Origin: a virus
Taxonomy: Duplodnaviria > Heunggongvirae > Uroviricota > Caudoviricetes
Virus record (IMG/VR): IMGVR_UViG_2795385758_000004
Coordinates: 1 to 22,291 of that record
Reading direction: 5' to 3' (one strand)
Length of the DNA stretch: 22,291 bases
A program made the position numbers and the translations under genes. Below the pieces are notes generated by a model. It made no database searches and was not told where the DNA came from. It saw only the letters and a program-made list of their open reading frames with translations. Positions 1-8,535 of this stretch are shown here, one piece after another. Numbering within the stretch: position 1 is the first letter of the stretch; each line of letters opens with the position of its first letter.

Positions 1-777
1 ATGAGCACACTCGTCGCCGTTTCTCCGTTCGACGCCATCCGACACCTGACCGACGGAGGCCGCGAGTACTGGTCGGCACGCGATCTCATGCCGCTGCTCG
101 GATACGAGAAGTGGGAGCGGTTCGCCGACGCCATCAGCCGCGCCAAGAGCGCTGCACGCAACGCCGGGTATGACCCTGCGACGCAATTTCCCGGCGCCGG
201 GAAATTGGTCTCCACCGGCAATGGAGCGCAGCGAGCGGTCGAGGACTACCACCTATCCCGGTACGCCTGCTATCTCGTCGCACTCAATGGCGATCCACGC
301 AAGCCCGAGATCGCTGCCGCCCAGACATACTTCGTCATCAAGACCCGTGAGGCCGAGACTGCCACGGCCGCGCCCGCGCTCACAGGCACCGACCTACTCG
401 CCGCCGCCGTGCTCGAAGCTCAGCGGATGATCGAGGCGAAGGACGCTCGGATCGCGGAGCTTTCACCCAAGGCCGACCTGGCGGACACCTACCTCACGGC
501 ACAAGGCGGGTCCCGGCTGATCCGGGAAGCCGCGAAGCTGCTCGGCATGCGCGAGCGCGAGTTTCGCCAGTGGCTCTTGGATGAGCGGCTGATCTTCGCT
601 AAACACGCTCCGTGTGGCGCGGTGCAATACGACCACTACGCGCAGTTCACGCACTACTTCCAAGCGCACGAGCACGTCGTCGCGCACTCATGGGGCAGCT
701 GCGCCCACTACACCTTGCGCATTCTGCCGCGAGGGATGGAACTCATCACCGCACGCTTGGGCCGAATCTCCAAGTAA
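1..777 (+). CDS. Phage antirepressor (Bro-N/DinD-like N-terminus plus KilAC/ANT C-terminus)
   Basis: N-terminal SPFDAIRH..REYWSARDLMPLLGYEKWERF and DYHLSRYACYLVALNGDPRKPEIAAAQTYF resemble DinD/Bro-N. C-terminal coiled coil then PKADLADTYL..IREAAKLLGMREREFRQWL resembles KilAC. Confidence 0.88.
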   Translation: MSTLVAVSPFDAIRHLTDGGREYWSARDLMPLLGYEKWERFADAISRAKSAARNAGYDPATQFPGAGKLVSTGNGAQRAVEDYHLSRYACYLVALNGDPRKPEIAAAQTYFVIKTREAETATAAPALTGTDLLAAAVLEAQRMIEAKDARIAELSPKADLADTYLTAQGGSRLIREAAKLLGMREREFRQWLLDERLIFAKHAPCGAVQYDHYAQFTHYFQAHEHVVAHSWGSCAHYTLRILPRGMELITARLGRISK

Positions 778-805
778 TCGCAAGTCCCACAACTGAATAA
801 GTAAA

Positions 806-846
806 GACGCTGGCGGTCCCGTCGCCAAACAGAAACCGCCAGCGTC
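806..846 (+). promoter_or_regulatory. Perfect 12-bp inverted repeat with 17-nt loop in the antirepressor-DUF732 intergenic region
   Basis: GACGCTGGCGGT (806-817) and ACCGCCAGCGTC (835-846); loop CCCGTCGCCAAACAGAA; no U-tract follows. Function not established. Confidence 0.6.
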
Positions 847-880
847 CCCTACCAAACCAATCCTACTGAGAGGACTTGGC

Positions 881-1267
881 ATGCCCCAACATATCCGCAG
901 GCGGTCGCACGGGCGCCGCCGACCCCGGCTGAGCAGCTACGACGCGATCACCGTCGTGCTAGCCGCTATCGCGGTGCTCGCCGCAATGCTGCTGGCATCA
1001 CCGGACTCGCACGCCGACCCGGTAACCGATGACTTCGTGACGACGAGCGGCTGGCGCGTGTGCAACGAGCTGGACGCGCAGCCCAATTTCGACGGCATCC
1101 GGTACTCATACCGGGCACTGTCGGCGCGCGGGTACAGCCTCGATCAGTCGGCCCAGATCATCGTGGGCTCAGTGAAGGTGTGGTGCAAACGCCATGCGCC
1201 ACTACTCAAGTCATACGCCGACACCTACGCTTCAGCGCCGCAGCAGAGCCAGGGGCGTGCGGCATGA
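881..1267 (+). CDS. Secreted/exported small protein, DUF732-like
   Basis: Basic n-region, hydrophobic stretch (ITVVLAAIAVLAAMLLA), SHA-DP signal cleavage-like site, two Cys in VCNELD and VWCKRH as in mycobacterial DUF732 proteins; SD GAGAGGA at 868-874. Confidence 0.65.
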   Translation: MPQHIRRRSHGRRRPRLSSYDAITVVLAAIAVLAAMLLASPDSHADPVTDDFVTTSGWRVCNELDAQPNFDGIRYSYRALSARGYSLDQSAQIIVGSVKVWCKRHAPLLKSYADTYASAPQQSQGRAA

Positions 1268-1584
1268 CCATCACCTTTGACCCCAACCCGACGTTCGACG
1301 AACTCATGGCCGCGTTCGACAAGGCCGAACGGGAGTGCTCCCCCAGCGTCGTGAACATCGTCCTTGATCTCGAAATCGCTGACCTGTTCGAGAGATTGGG
1401 CAATCGCGGCATCGCCGTCCTGGTCGCCAATCAGAAAGCGTGGCGCGAATCCGTCAAGGAGTCCGGCACAGACCCGCGATGTGCCTGGACCGCTGACGGC
1501 GGCGCCGAGCGCGCACTCGTCGAGTTTTTCACCGACCGCGACAGCCGGGACAAGGCCAGCGCCGTGCTCAAGGCGGGTGCGTGA
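1264..1584 (+). CDS. Hypothetical phage protein (106 aa)
   Basis: ATGA overlap with the upstream stop; its own stop overlaps the next start. The true start is downstream of the ORF-track start (1060). Confidence 0.75.
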   Translation: MTITFDPNPTFDELMAAFDKAERECSPSVVNIVLDLEIADLFERLGNRGIAVLVANQKAWRESVKESGTDPRCAWTADGGAERALVEFFTDRDSRDKASAVLKAGA

Positions 1585-2126
1585 TGGCCGAACTTGTAAA
1601 GAGCCCGTACCCGCCCGATTCGGTGGACTACCACCCCGGCGGCTACAGCCCCGACGACGACGGCACTATGTCTGAGAACGTCGCGGAGCTTGCCAAATGT
1701 GTCGTCGGTCATCGAATTGTCAAGGCGGAGAACGGCCAAACGGTCAACCTCGGCCCCTATGACGGCAAGCGCAACTGCTACAGCGAGTCGCTGACCGGCC
1801 TCGTGCTCACCCTCGACAGCGGCGTCCAGGTGGTCATCGCCGACACATCGGATTGCTGCGCGAGCACCACCCTGGAGAAGTTCCTACTTCACCCCGAACG
1901 CGTGGATCACGTGATCACCGGGGTTGCCAGTACGGACGGATTCACCAAGTGGCACATCTTCGCCGACTTCGGCGACGTGATGGAACTGGAGGTCAGCTGG
2001 TCGGCGGGCAACCCGTTCTACTACGGGTACGGCTTCGACATCGCCGTTGGCCCACTGGAGGGCGAAATCGTCTCTGAGACAGTCGCGCTCCCGTCCGCAC
2101 GCCGCGAGTTGGAGGCGGGCCGATGA
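1584..2126 (+). CDS. Hypothetical phage protein (about 180 aa; alternative GTG start 1581)
   Basis: Coupled at both ends; protein-like composition with SDCCAS and GNPFYYGYGF motifs. Confidence 0.8.
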   Translation: MAELVKSPYPPDSVDYHPGGYSPDDDGTMSENVAELAKCVVGHRIVKAENGQTVNLGPYDGKRNCYSESLTGLVLTLDSGVQVVIADTSDCCASTTLEKFLLHPERVDHVITGVASTDGFTKWHIFADFGDVMELEVSWSAGNPFYYGYGFDIAVGPLEGEIVSETVALPSARRELEAGR

Positions 2127-2473
2127 GCGAGACCGTGCGCGACCCGCGCGAAGAGAAGCTGCCCCAGTGGGCACGAAAGCTGTTGGCCGACGAGCGCTAC
2201 CGCGCCAGCCGTGCCGAGCACAGGCTCGCCGAGCACGTTGCCAAAATCGCGAAGTCGCGAATCCGTTACGGGGGCTACGACAATCCGATCTACATCCCCG
2301 ACGACAACGGGTATCAGACCGTGTACTTCTACCCCAATGGGGGCGATAGCACGTTCCAGCAGATCGCCGTCACGATCCGCGACGGCGCTATCGAGATTCA
2401 GGGTGGCGACACGCTGACGATCGACCTGCAAGCGTCCAATACCTTTCGCGCTCGCCTCCGGGGTGACTCATGA
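2123..2473 (+). CDS. Hypothetical phage protein (116 aa)
   Basis: ATGA overlaps at both ends; helical N-terminus (DPREEKLPQWARKLL) and beta-rich C-terminus. Confidence 0.8.
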   Translation: MSETVRDPREEKLPQWARKLLADERYRASRAEHRLAEHVAKIAKSRIRYGGYDNPIYIPDDNGYQTVYFYPNGGDSTFQQIAVTIRDGAIEIQGGDTLTIDLQASNTFRARLRGDS

Positions 2474-2730
2474 CCGCTATGACGATCGACGTTGACGAGA
2501 GCTACGAAACGAACATGCGCGTCCTCAAGGGCGTTCTGTACCGCCTCGTCGAGGCTGTCCGCGACACAGACCCCCATCAGGTGCATCGCGAGCTGGTCTC
2601 AATGTGGTTGCGCCACCCGGTCAAAGCCGCACAGCTGATGATGGCGCTTGCCATCGGATTCGATCCAGACACGGTGACAACCAAGATGCTCGACCGGCGC
2701 GCCGAGGAAATCGCGGGGGTGGCCTCGTGA
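2470..2730 (+). CDS. Hypothetical phage protein (86 aa)
   Basis: ATGA overlap upstream and GTGA overlap downstream. Confidence 0.75.
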   Translation: MTAMTIDVDESYETNMRVLKGVLYRLVEAVRDTDPHQVHRELVSMWLRHPVKAAQLMMALAIGFDPDTVTTKMLDRRAEEIAGVAS

Positions 2731-3611
2731 TCGAGCCCGGGTCGCCCGGGTGGCTGAAAGTGGTAACACCGAGCAAGGTGCCGTCAATCCTTGGCATTTC
2801 ACGCTGGAAATCGCAGTACACCCTATGGCACGAAATGGCCGGAATCATCACACCCGCACCGATTTCCGTCGCCCGACAGGATGACTTCGACTACGGCCAC
2901 GCGTGCGAGCTGGCAGCACGCGAGTACTGGAAGTTCAAGAATCCGGGCTGGCGGATCTCACAGGGTGAGGTGCAGTGCAGCAACGATGACCTACCGTTCG
3001 CCAACCTGGCCACGATCGATTTACGCGGTTCTCGGGGCAGCCTGCGCCGTGTCGTCGAGGTCAAGACCGCAAGAGATCTCGGCGAATTCGGCGATGATGG
3101 CAGCGGCGAGCTGCCGCGCGACTACGCCGCACAGATCCTCGCGCAGATGTTGATCACCGGGTGGCACGAAACCGCCGACCTGGTGTGTTGGGCGCAGTAC
3201 GGGAAGCCCCGCATCTACCACGTGGAGTGGAACCAAAAGGTTGCCGACGGCATCGCCGAAGCCTGCCTGCAGTGGGAGCGCTCAATCGCGAACGGATCTC
3301 GACCTGCGCTCGACAACACGGTCTCCACCTACGAGACCGTCAAGGCGCTCCATCCAGATATCGACGGCAGCACAACCGAACTGGATTCCGATCTGGCCAT
3401 CGAGTACCTGGCGGCCGACCGCGAGGCCAAGGCCGCCGAGAAGCACGCACTCGGCCTTAAGACGCGAGTACTCGACGCGATGGGCAACAGCCAGCACGCA
3501 GTCGTCGGTGATCACAAGATCGCCCGCCGTCAACCGAACAAGTACGGCGTCTCGCTCGTACCGAACCCCAAGACAGACCCCCAATCCATCTCAACAAAGG
3601 AGATCGCGTGA
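2727..3611 (+). CDS. YqaJ/lambda-exonuclease-like (RecE-type) recombination exonuclease
   Basis: GTG start in a GTGA overlap. EPGSPGWL..TPSKVPSILGISRWKSQYTLW, G-x3-E motif (GHACE), ATID..VVEVKT (PD-(D/E)xK) and YAAQILAQM; immediately upstream of the recombinase. Confidence 0.9.
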   Translation: MIEPGSPGWLKVVTPSKVPSILGISRWKSQYTLWHEMAGIITPAPISVARQDDFDYGHACELAAREYWKFKNPGWRISQGEVQCSNDDLPFANLATIDLRGSRGSLRRVVEVKTARDLGEFGDDGSGELPRDYAAQILAQMLITGWHETADLVCWAQYGKPRIYHVEWNQKVADGIAEACLQWERSIANGSRPALDNTVSTYETVKALHPDIDGSTTELDSDLAIEYLAADREAKAAEKHALGLKTRVLDAMGNSQHAVVGDHKIARRQPNKYGVSLVPNPKTDPQSISTKEIA

Positions 3612-4615
3612 CCAACGAGATTCAAACTGTCGACTCCGCGCAGGTGGTTACCGCCACCGATACTGCGCTGGCCATCGCCGCCGACCAGACCGAGTTCAAC
3701 CAGGCTCAGATAGCGGCACTCAAGCAGCTCGGCGTCGAGGATGCACCACGCGGCGACCTGGACGTGTTCTTCCACACCGCCAAGCGCACCGGCCTGGACC
3801 CATTCAGCAAGCAGATCTACATGATCGGCCGTAACACCAAGGTCGGCGGCTATGGGGGCGCACCGGAACGCTGGGAGACCAAGTACACCATCCAGACCGG
3901 CATTGAGGGCTACCGCGTCGTCGGGCACCGCATCGCGCGCCGCGAGGTCATCGGGCGCCCCTTCGCTCGGCGCCTGTTCTGCGGCCGTGATGGCGTCTGG
4001 CGGGATGTTCTGATCGAGAACGGCCCCCCGGTCGCCGCCAAAGCCGAAATCACCTGCGATGGCGTACTGGTGGGCGAAGCGGTCGTCAAGTTCGTCGAAT
4101 ACGCGCAGACCACCCGGGCGGGCGAGCTTGTCGGCCAGTGGCGCGACAAGCCAACCGTGATGATCGGCAAGTGCGCCGAGGCCGCCGCCTGGCGCGCCGC
4201 ATTCCCCCAGGACTTCGCCGGGGTCTACGAGCCCGCCGAGTTCGACCGTCATCAGGTTATCGACGGCGAGGTCGAACCCGTCCGAGTCCGCGCCGAGCAC
4301 GCCGACCGAGGCGTTCAGGGCGTCGCAGCCGCGCTGGGAATCAAGACGGAGACGGTCGACGCTCAGGCGCCCTTGCCCAGCGAGCCCACCCCGGAAGCGC
4401 CCGCCGTCGAACTGATCACCACGGCCCAGTCGCGCAAGCTGTACGCCCTACTACGAGAGCGCGGCCTGGAAGACAAAGACGCCGCCCTGGCGTGGATCTC
4501 GTCGGCACTGAGCAGGACCGACAGCCCCGTGGTCAGCACCAAGGATCTCACCAAGACCGAGGCCACCACCCTGATCGACATTCTCGAAAGCGACCGCGCG
4601 GAGGGTGCCGAATGA
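3608..4615 (+). CDS. recT: RecT/Bet-family single-strand annealing recombinase
   Basis: FFHTAKRTGLDPFSKQIYMI, TIQTGIEGYR and PTVMIGKCAEAAAWRAAFPQDFAGVYEPAEF are Bet/RecT motifs; paired with the exonuclease. Confidence 0.9.
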   Translation: MTNEIQTVDSAQVVTATDTALAIAADQTEFNQAQIAALKQLGVEDAPRGDLDVFFHTAKRTGLDPFSKQIYMIGRNTKVGGYGGAPERWETKYTIQTGIEGYRVVGHRIARREVIGRPFARRLFCGRDGVWRDVLIENGPPVAAKAEITCDGVLVGEAVVKFVEYAQTTRAGELVGQWRDKPTVMIGKCAEAAAWRAAFPQDFAGVYEPAEFDRHQVIDGEVEPVRVRAEHADRGVQGVAAALGIKTETVDAQAPLPSEPTPEAPAVELITTAQSRKLYALLRERGLEDKDAALAWISSALSRTDSPVVSTKDLTKTEATTLIDILESDRAEGAE

Positions 4616-5352
4616 TCACCATCGAGGCGGGCAAGCTCGCGAACCTCCTGACTGACCTACTCGATACCGCCGACGAGACCCGGGGTATCCACCTGGCAAC
4701 ACACCGGGCCGCGATCGGTGACGAGCCCGGGGAGACCGACGTACTTGCCGGGCTGTCCTCTACCGGATTCGTGCTCGGCCACACCTGGGCCGAGTGCATC
4801 GGTCAGGGCGAGTCAACGGTGTGGACGGTCGACGCGGCCGCGATCGTGGTCAGCATTTGCAAGACGCTGGCGGCCAAGGGAAGTAAAGACCAGCAAGTCA
4901 CCGTCGACATCCTCACCTCGGTAGCTCCACCACCGGACGGGGAGCTGAAAGACAGCGAGCTTCCCGAGTGGGCCGTCACGGTCCGCGAGACCCCCGCCTT
5001 GTTCGATTCGGACACCGTATTCGAGTTCCACGCCCAGCACGCCAACGCATTTCCGGTCGAGACGTTCCGGCGGGTCTTCACCGACGACATGGAGCTGTCC
5101 GACCCGTCCTGGCGCGATCTGATGCTCAGCGTATGGAATCCGCATGTTCTGTCACCGCTATTGAAGATCGCCAAACGGCACAGCACGCCCCGACACGTCG
5201 AGTCAATCCGGCTCTACCGCAAGCCCGATCGCGCGGTCCAGCGCGTCGAGATCGGCGATTCATGGATCGGTGCAGTGATGCCCATCAAGCCCGTCGATCG
5301 GTCGGACCTGCCAGGCATCGACGCACTACTACCCGAGCAGGTGAACGCATGA
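4612..5352 (+). CDS. Putative DNA polymerase III beta-clamp-like protein (246 aa)
   Basis: By-eye similarity to DnaN motifs: LAGLSSTGFVLG (cf. ATDGHRL), AFPVETFRRVF (cf. FPDYxRVI), WNPHVLSPLLK (cf. FNxxYLLD), terminal GAVMPIK (cf. LMPxR). Coupled at both ends. The CDS is confident; the fold call is tentative. Confidence 0.55.
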   Translation: MITIEAGKLANLLTDLLDTADETRGIHLATHRAAIGDEPGETDVLAGLSSTGFVLGHTWAECIGQGESTVWTVDAAAIVVSICKTLAAKGSKDQQVTVDILTSVAPPPDGELKDSELPEWAVTVRETPALFDSDTVFEFHAQHANAFPVETFRRVFTDDMELSDPSWRDLMLSVWNPHVLSPLLKIAKRHSTPRHVESIRLYRKPDRAVQRVEIGDSWIGAVMPIKPVDRSDLPGIDALLPEQVNA

Positions 5353-5882
5353 CGCGGCAACTCATCGTCGTAGACCTGGAAACAACCGGCCTCGGCCCGC
5401 AGTGCGCGCCGATCGAGGTTGCGGCCATCAACGTCGACACCGGAGAAACACTCGAATTCGTGCCGTACGTCGACCTGTCCAGGGTCTCGATCGAGCCCCA
5501 GGCCTTCGCCATCAACCGCTATTTCGAACGCGGTGTGTATGACGCAATGCTCAATCCCGACGACACCATCACAGCGTGGAGCGACCTCGCCGACATCCTG
5601 AGCGGCAACACCTTTGCCGGATCGAACCCGACATTCGACGCAGCCATGGTCGCACGCAAGGTTGGCACGCACTGGCACTACCGCCTGGCCGACCTCGCCG
5701 CCTATGCTGCCCCGGCTCTCGGGCGCGACCCGTCCGAGCTGCCGGGACTGGCCGACGTGCTCGCCGCCCTCAAGATCGAGAACCGTTGCCCACATTCGGC
5801 ACTCGGCGATGCCGAGGCCACCGCCAAAGCATTCGTGAAGCTGCGCGACATCTACGCAGAACAGCGGGAGTCCGCGCGATGA
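5349..5882 (+). CDS. DEDDh 3'-5' exonuclease (DnaQ/epsilon-like)
   Basis: ExoI VVDLETTG, ExoII GSNPTFD, ExoIII HSALGDA. Confidence 0.92.
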   Translation: MTRQLIVVDLETTGLGPQCAPIEVAAINVDTGETLEFVPYVDLSRVSIEPQAFAINRYFERGVYDAMLNPDDTITAWSDLADILSGNTFAGSNPTFDAAMVARKVGTHWHYRLADLAAYAAPALGRDPSELPGLADVLAALKIENRCPHSALGDAEATAKAFVKLRDIYAEQRESAR

Positions 5883-6295
5883 CCGCCCCGTCCATCTCCC
5901 GTCGCTACATCGACGCCACCCCCGTGCGCGAGCACCTGGAGAAGCTGCAGTCGATCGGCTGGACCATCAACGCCATCGCGGCCGCCAATGGCCACCCGGG
6001 AAAGCTCGTCACCACTCTGCGCCAGATCCTTCGCGGCCAACAAACCTGTGCCCCATCCACCCGCGACTACGTGATGTGGATGGACCCCGAACTGCCTCCC
6101 GAGACCGGAAAACCGTTCGTACTCAAATGGTCCGAATACGTGTACATCGGCGTACCCGACCATGCGGCTGCGCGCGAAATGGGCATCACCTACAACTCCA
6201 TGTCAGAACAGCTACGGCGCAACGGTTTCCAGCCATCTGCGCTGCTTTATGAGCTCGCCCGCGAGGAACGTGAGAAAGCCAAGGCGGCCGCATGA
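5879..6295 (+). CDS. Helix-turn-helix DNA-binding protein (possibly two HTH motifs)
   Basis: YIDATPVREHLEKLQSIGWTINAIAAA..TLRQILRGQ (XRE-like) and GVPDHAAAREMGITYNSMSEQLRRNG; ATGA coupling. Confidence 0.7.
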   Translation: MTAPSISRRYIDATPVREHLEKLQSIGWTINAIAAANGHPGKLVTTLRQILRGQQTCAPSTRDYVMWMDPELPPETGKPFVLKWSEYVYIGVPDHAAAREMGITYNSMSEQLRRNGFQPSALLYELAREEREKAKAAA

Positions 6296-6816
6296 CGCTG
6301 ACCGAAGATCAACGCTGGCTATTGCGGATGGTCGGCGGGTGGGAAATGCGCGACTGCCTCGTCGGTCCCGCAGGTGTCACCCGCTTGATGCAATCCTGCT
6401 ACGGCGGCACCCGCCTGCCTACAGACGGATACCCGTCTCACCTCAAGGGATTTGAGTGCGGGCAGGGCAAGATCGTATCGAGGGGCATCCCCGTCGTCAC
6501 CGTGACCACCGCGCAGCTGAACAAGTACGCACGCTCCCTGCCGGTCGATCTTGTCGCCGAGATGCGCGAGTGCGCCATCGCCGCACAGCGCAACAACCTA
6601 CGTCGCCACCAGTTCTGCCACTGCGGGAACGAACCGTGCGGGTACGCGTACATGGGCGATCGTATCTGCCCGCCGACCGAGCAGCAGGAAGCCGACGCCA
6701 ATGCCGAGTTCTGGCGCTGCCAGGACTGGACCGACGACCTGCTCGACCGCGCACTCGGGTTCACCACCGAGGACGAGCCGGTCGGGCAGCTGGAGCTGTT
6801 CGGAGTCGGCGCATGA
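6292..6816 (+). CDS. Hypothetical phage protein with Cys/His cluster and C-terminal QLELF motif
   Basis: ATGA overlaps at both ends; HQFCHCGNEPC..IC cluster; ends GQLELFGVGA. Confidence 0.8.
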   Translation: MTLTEDQRWLLRMVGGWEMRDCLVGPAGVTRLMQSCYGGTRLPTDGYPSHLKGFECGQGKIVSRGIPVVTVTTAQLNKYARSLPVDLVAEMRECAIAAQRNNLRRHQFCHCGNEPCGYAYMGDRICPPTEQQEADANAEFWRCQDWTDDLLDRALGFTTEDEPVGQLELFGVGA

Positions 6817-8135
6817 TCACGCCCTACTACCAAGACGAATCGGTCAGCCTGCACCACGGCGACTGTCTCGACGTGCTGCGCGCCGACGACTACGGATACG
6901 ACTGGAACCTCGGCTACCGATCAGCGCGGATGTTCCCCGACAACAGCGTCGACGCGGTGATCACTGACCCGCCCTACGGCATCGCGTTCATGGGCAAGGC
7001 CTGGGACCAACCCGGCGAATTCGGGTCACAATGCAAGAACGGGACACCGGCCGTCACCCGCCGCGCGCGCCCGAACCGTGACAGCAACAGCGGTGCCATG
7101 GAGGCCGGCCGCTACGACCTCTCGCCGGCGGCAATGCTCAACTTTCAGCGCTGGTGCACCGCCTGGGCCACCGAATGCCTGCGCATCCTCAAGCCCGGCG
7201 GTCACCTGCTGGCGTTCGGCGGCTCGCGCACCTGGCATCGGCTGGCAGCCGCGATCGAGGACGCGGGTTTCGAGATCCGCGACAGCATCGCATGGTTATA
7301 CGGCTCCGGGTTTCCGAAGTCGATGGACGTGTCCAAGGCAATCGCATCCACGGAGCTAGGGTACGGCGGGAACTCGGTCGCGCAGCGCAAGGCGACGATG
7401 GGCGACAACTACGTCCAGTCGGGGCGGCAAGGCAACCGTGACGGTGCTGGCCGCCGCGATACCGGGCTGGCCGAGCACACACTCGAACTGACCGAGAGCG
7501 CGCAGGCATGGCAGGGCTGGGGTACCGCGCTCAAGCCCTCATTCGAGCCCATCGTCGTCGCACGTAAACCGTTGGCGGGCACTGTCGCCGCGAACGTACT
7601 CGAGTACGGCACCGGGGCACTGAACATCGACGCCTGTCGGATACCCACCGGGGACAAACTCGGCGGCGGCTCAACGACGCGCGGCCAGCGGATGAAAGAC
7701 GGCTGGCACCGGCCCTGGATGGACGACCCCGACATGGTGGCGGCGAACGCCGAGCGAAGTCGTGCATCGGTGGCTAGATCCGAAGAATTGGGCCGTTGGC
7801 CGACCAACGTCGTCCTCGATGAGCGACAGGCCGAAGCTCTCGACAGGCAGACAGGCGTCTTGCACTCGGGAACCATGCGTGCTGGCACCAATCGTCAGCC
7901 GCGAGCGGGCGGCACGATCTACGGCGCTGACACCCGCACGTTCGCGCCCGCCGACACCTACGGCGACAGCGGCGGCGCTTCGCGGTTCTTCCCCGTGTTC
8001 CGCTACGAGGCCAAGGCCCCAACATCGGAGCGGCCCAACGCCGATGGTATGCAGCATCCCACGGTCAAGCCGCTGGAGCTGATGCGAACGTCAACGGACA
8101 GCCCGCCTACGGCACCGGCAGCCGCGTCGTGCTGA
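6813..8135 (+). pseudogene. Beta-class N6-adenine/N4-cytosine DNA methyltransferase, C-terminally truncated (lacks SAM-binding motif I)
   Basis: HHGDCLDVL, VITDPPYG (motif IV), LRILKPGGHLLAFG, WLYGSGFPKS, GTALKPSFEPI and HPTVKPLELMR, then an abrupt switch to a 15-aa unrelated tail with no DPFxGSGTT motif. Confidence 0.82.
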
Positions 8136-8308
8136 CCGTGGCGCACCTGAATCACACCCCCGAGGACTGCCGGGATGAGAACCTGCGCGCCATGTGCCAG
8201 GGCTGCCACCTGCACTACGACCTAGAGCACCACGCACAGACGCGCCAGCGGGCACGCACGGCGGCTCTTGAGGCGCAAATGAATCCACTATTCGAGGTGA
8301 CGCAATGA
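8087..8308 (+). pseudogene. 3' remnant of an HNH-type endonuclease gene (not in the ORF track)
   Basis: Frame from 8087 reads NVNGQPAYGTGSRVVLTVAHLNHTPEDCRDENLRAMCQGCHLHYDLEHHAQTRQRARTAALEAQMNPLFEVTQ-stop, with HNH core AHLxH..NL..MCxxCH. Stop TGA 8306-8308 overlaps the next ATG (8305). No N-terminal half or native start. Confidence 0.8.
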
Positions 8309-8535
8309 GAACCATCCTCGCCGATGACGACGGCCCGCCCCACCCTGGCCACACAACGTCCGATCACTACCTGCTCAAGTCCGGTCACCAGGTCCGGGTA
8401 CTCAACGACACGGGCGACGATCGAGTTGAGATCACCACCAGCACCACGTATTGCCTGCTTACGTACACCGAGGCTGTCCGCGTCGGATGGTCACTCATCG
8501 TCGCCGGGATCAGAGGGTGGCGTCGTCGTGCCTGA
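8305..8535 (+). CDS. Hypothetical phage protein (76 aa)
   Basis: ATGA overlap with the HNH remnant, SD-like GAGGTG upstream, 8-bp overlap with the next gene. Confidence 0.65.
   Translation: MRTILADDDGPPHPGHTTSDHYLLKSGHQVRVLNDTGDDRVEITTSTTYCLLTYTEAVRVGWSLIVAGIRGWRRRA

Noticed and set aside
3530-4300. 256-aa minus-strand ORF (similarly 5214-5795, 15200-15892, 19355-19996, 20487-21017)
   Set aside because: Each lies opposite a well-supported gene (RecT, DnaQ, terL, capsid, connectors) and reflects codon bias.
6456-6812. ORF-track N-terminal extension of the methyltransferase (and similar extensions at 1060, 2604, 4138, 4968, 5576, 8324, 8584, 10216, 10301, 10738, 11172, 20876, 20983)
   Set aside because: Extensions overlap upstream genes out of frame; internal ATGA/GTGA-coupled starts match the domain boundaries.
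8060-8135. Programmed -1 frameshift producing an MTase-HNH fusion
   Set aside because: No slippery heptamer or evident stimulatory structure, and both partners lack essential parts; a deletion is more parsimonious.
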